Shown: positions 62,042 to 64,000 of the stretch, in pieces | How the letters are laid out: the number at the start of each line of letters is the position of its first letter | How positions within the stretch are numbered: the first letter of the stretch is position 1 | IMG/VR virus record: IMGVR_UViG_3300031949_000014 | Source of the DNA: a virus | Direction: 5' to 3' (one strand) | DNA: 64,000 nt | Notes under the pieces: generated by a model | Databases searched by the model: none | The model's input: the letters and a program-made list of their open reading frames with translations, nothing else | What the model was told of the DNA's origin: nothing | Translations under genes and position numbers: made by a program

Positions 62042-62973
62042 TACAACTTCACGCGAGCCGAGACTGGAGCGTCTTCTGGGCCGCGCCAGTACGGCTCGAC
62101 GTGCACGAGCTTCCGCAGCTCGCGGCCTTTGCCGTGCGCCTGCATCTTCCAGTGTCCGCGGACCAAGGTCTGCACCTTCGGGTGACGACCGCCGTGCTCG
62201 ACGTAGGCACGGACGGCGTCGCGGACGTCGACCTGGACGGCGCGGCGGAGTTCGAAGCGATCGTAGGACGGTAAGGCCGTCCTCTTGCCGTCGACGTTCT
62301 TGAAGCCACCGCCAGAGGAGCCTTGGCTGGAGTCGGCAAGGGTGCGGGGGTCCGAGAGTTCGAGGCAGACGCCGGCGAGGAGGTTGAGAATGAGGTGCAC
62401 TGTCCGCAGTCGCTGTCCGTCCACCACCGGCGCCCATTCTCCGGGTGGAAGTGTTCGTTCAAGCAGAACTCGAGACTCCTCCGACGGGGGTTCATGGTGA
62501 TACAACCCGCTGAAATTCGCGCTTTGATTCCAAAGGTTGAGTTCGTTGCGCTCCGACGCCACCCATAAATGTAGAGCGTCCAAATACTGCATCATACCTA
62601 TCAGAGTGACAGGGTACTCCCCTGACTCAATTGGACTTTCCACGCTCAACAATCCTGTCGGAATTCGGATCATGAAAGCCGGCCACGGCAGCACAACGAG
62701 CGTGTCTAACGCATCAACACTCAAGCCTGTCGCCATAAGAGACGCGGCAAGTCGTTGTCCAACATCCACAGTGGGAAAACCGCAAGCCCCCCACTTCCCA
62801 GCCAGACCTCGCCCTTTGGTTTTAACAACAGAGAACACTTCTTGTTCCGGAAGCCCATGCTCCAACAGAAACAAACCGGACTCTTTTAAAGCAAGACGAT
62901 CGTCCGCGAGCCAAGCTTGACTGGCAACGAGCATGTCCAAACCCAGCACACGCATTTTGTCGAAAACACCCAC
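62041..62973 (-). CDS. Hypothetical protein, lower GC (start uncertain)
   Basis: Long ORF between the two repeats; C-terminal VRGHWK motif. Confidence 0.65.
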   Translation of the reverse strand: MGVFDKMRVLGLDMLVASQAWLADDRLALKESGLFLLEHGLPEQEVFSVVKTKGRGLAGKWGACGFPTVDVGQRLAASLMATGLSVDALDTLVVLPWPAFMIRIPTGLLSVESPIESGEYPVTLIGMMQYLDALHLWVASERNELNLWNQSANFSGLYHHEPPSEESRVLLERTLPPGEWAPVVDGQRLRTVHLILNLLAGVCLELSDPRTLADSSQGSSGGGFKNVDGKRTALPSYDRFELRRAVQVDVRDAVRAYVEHGGRHPKVQTLVRGHWKMQAHGKGRELRKLVHVEPYWRGPEDAPVSARVKL

Positions 62974-63001
62974 GCTCGCTCCCTTACAGACTCTGACTCT
63001 A

Positions 63002-63019
63002 AGATGCGCAAGTGCATTC
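63002..63019. repeat. 18-bp direct repeat, copy 2
   Basis: AGATGCGCAAGTGCATTC. Confidence 0.85.
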
Positions 63020-63067
63020 ATCCCACGTTCGTCTGTCAGACTTCGCGTTCTGCCGCGTCTAACGGGC

Positions 63068-63505
63068 ATGCTCAACATCAACCGTCTCTCTCACCTCGAC
63101 CACGCCCTCACGCTCGGACACGTCCGATTCATCCTCGAGAGCTTCGGCGACCGCTCGGATTTCTTCACCGCGACCGTAGACCTGCCGCCCGAACTCGCGG
63201 ACCTGCCGTGCGGCCTGCATGGGCCGTCCACCGGGCAGCCCGACGTCGGCGACGACGAGGTCCAGATGGTCGTCAGGCCCGGCCGCAGCTACCCGTCCAG
63301 GGTGCTGCTCAACCCCAAGGTGGGGGCGCTGCCCAGCCGGCTCCTGACCGTCATCGCCGGACCACACGGCGACCTACCATGCCTCCTGTACACCGCGCAT
63401 GGCGGGCCGCTGGCGCCACGGGAGCCTGGAGACCCGTCGCTGTCCGAGACCGAGCGGGAGGCCTCGGTTGCGTTCTGGAAGGTGCATGCGCTGGCGCAGA
63501 CGTGA
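63068..63505 (+). CDS. Conserved phage hypothetical protein
   Basis: TVIAGP...LYTAHGGPLAPREPGDP...FW..HAL. Confidence 0.7.
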   Translation: MLNINRLSHLDHALTLGHVRFILESFGDRSDFFTATVDLPPELADLPCGLHGPSTGQPDVGDDEVQMVVRPGRSYPSRVLLNPKVGALPSRLLTVIAGPHGDLPCLLYTAHGGPLAPREPGDPSLSETEREASVAFWKVHALAQT

Positions 63506-63788
63506 CTTTTTTCCCGCTACCTCGCGTTTTCCACCCAGCCAGGGTTTGATGGTCTCAAACACTTTTTACGTTTTCGTGAATAAAAACATAAAGTTAAGTT
63601 CTCGGGGCTCTCAGGGACACTCTCCAATTTATTACTTAAGAGAGAGTAGGTTTTTTCAATCCTACCTTGTCTTAAGGGTGTAATGTGGTACCAAACAAGA
63701 AAGCGAAAAAAACCGGAAGCATGTATTCGTAATTGTTTATGAAAGGGATGAAAATTTGGGTGCTCGTGTAAGTGCCCTGGAGGATCGC

Positions 63789-64000
63789 ATGCCTTTCAAC
63801 GGTCCAGAGGTTGAGCGTTTTTGGGTTGCGGTGCGCGAGTCAACCACGCATCTCGATTGTGCCTGCTGCAAGAAGCGCAAGTCGGTCGACGAATTTGATA
63901 AGAGCAACATCACGCTCACTCGGCGAGAGCCGCGTTGTAAGGATTGTCGTCGAGAGGTTCAGCAGAAGTCCTCTGCGCAACCTTCGAAGCGTATGTCTAT
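63789..64000 (+). CDS. Zn-finger protein typical of HNH/endonuclease N-termini, 3'-truncated
   Basis: GGAGG RBS; CACCKKRKSVDEF...RCKDC; open to the window end. Confidence 0.6.
   Translation, partial: MPFNGPEVERFWVAVRESTTHLDCACCKKRKSVDEFDKSNITLTRREPRCKDCRREVQQKSSAQPSKRMS

Noticed and set aside
1-64000. tRNA/rRNA genes, IS transposases, terminase/portal/tail genes, DNA polymerase, packaging ATPase, Cas or RAMP gene
   Set aside because: No supporting motifs seen within the window. Absence here does not exclude them elsewhere on the element, or as divergent ORFs I failed to recognise.

Overview
High-GC window (roughly two-thirds GC by eye, not computed), almost fully coding, with Shine-Dalgarno sites and ATGA/GTGA gene overlaps. 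It reads as part of a dsDNA prokaryotic virus or provirus, not a host chromosome. No terminase, portal, HK97 capsid or tail gene is recognisable. Instead there are several beta-rich jelly-roll-like proteins, many membrane-anchored small proteins and a transglutaminase-like Cys protease, which suggests a tailless, probably membrane-containing virus (inference). A myxobacterial-style lipoprotein hints at a Myxococcota host. Layout: 1-10.2 kb (+) an array-associated gene, a GGY-NN pentamer array, a RecD2-like helicase and small early genes; 10.3-21.5 kb mixed structural and accessory genes; 22-27.9 kb a lower-GC glycan synthesis/modification cluster; 27.9-48.2 kb (-) morphogenesis operon headed by a tyrosine recombinase; 48.6-52.3 kb (+) structural and lysis genes; 52.6-63 kb (-) accessory, TA and DNA-metabolism genes. 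The most striking element is the non-coding array at 431-882: 80 pentamers (70 GGY-NN), cut into units by GGCA tetramers and closed by a terminator. It matches my recollection of the recently reported VIPR guide-RNA architecture. Other highlights: an intein whose +1 Cys is the catalytic Cys of the putative maturation protease, a recurrent G-[LF]-[GSA] motif separating leaders from cargo domains in virion-module proteins, and a repeat polyprotein punctuated by that motif. All product calls come from motif recognition by eye, without database searches.
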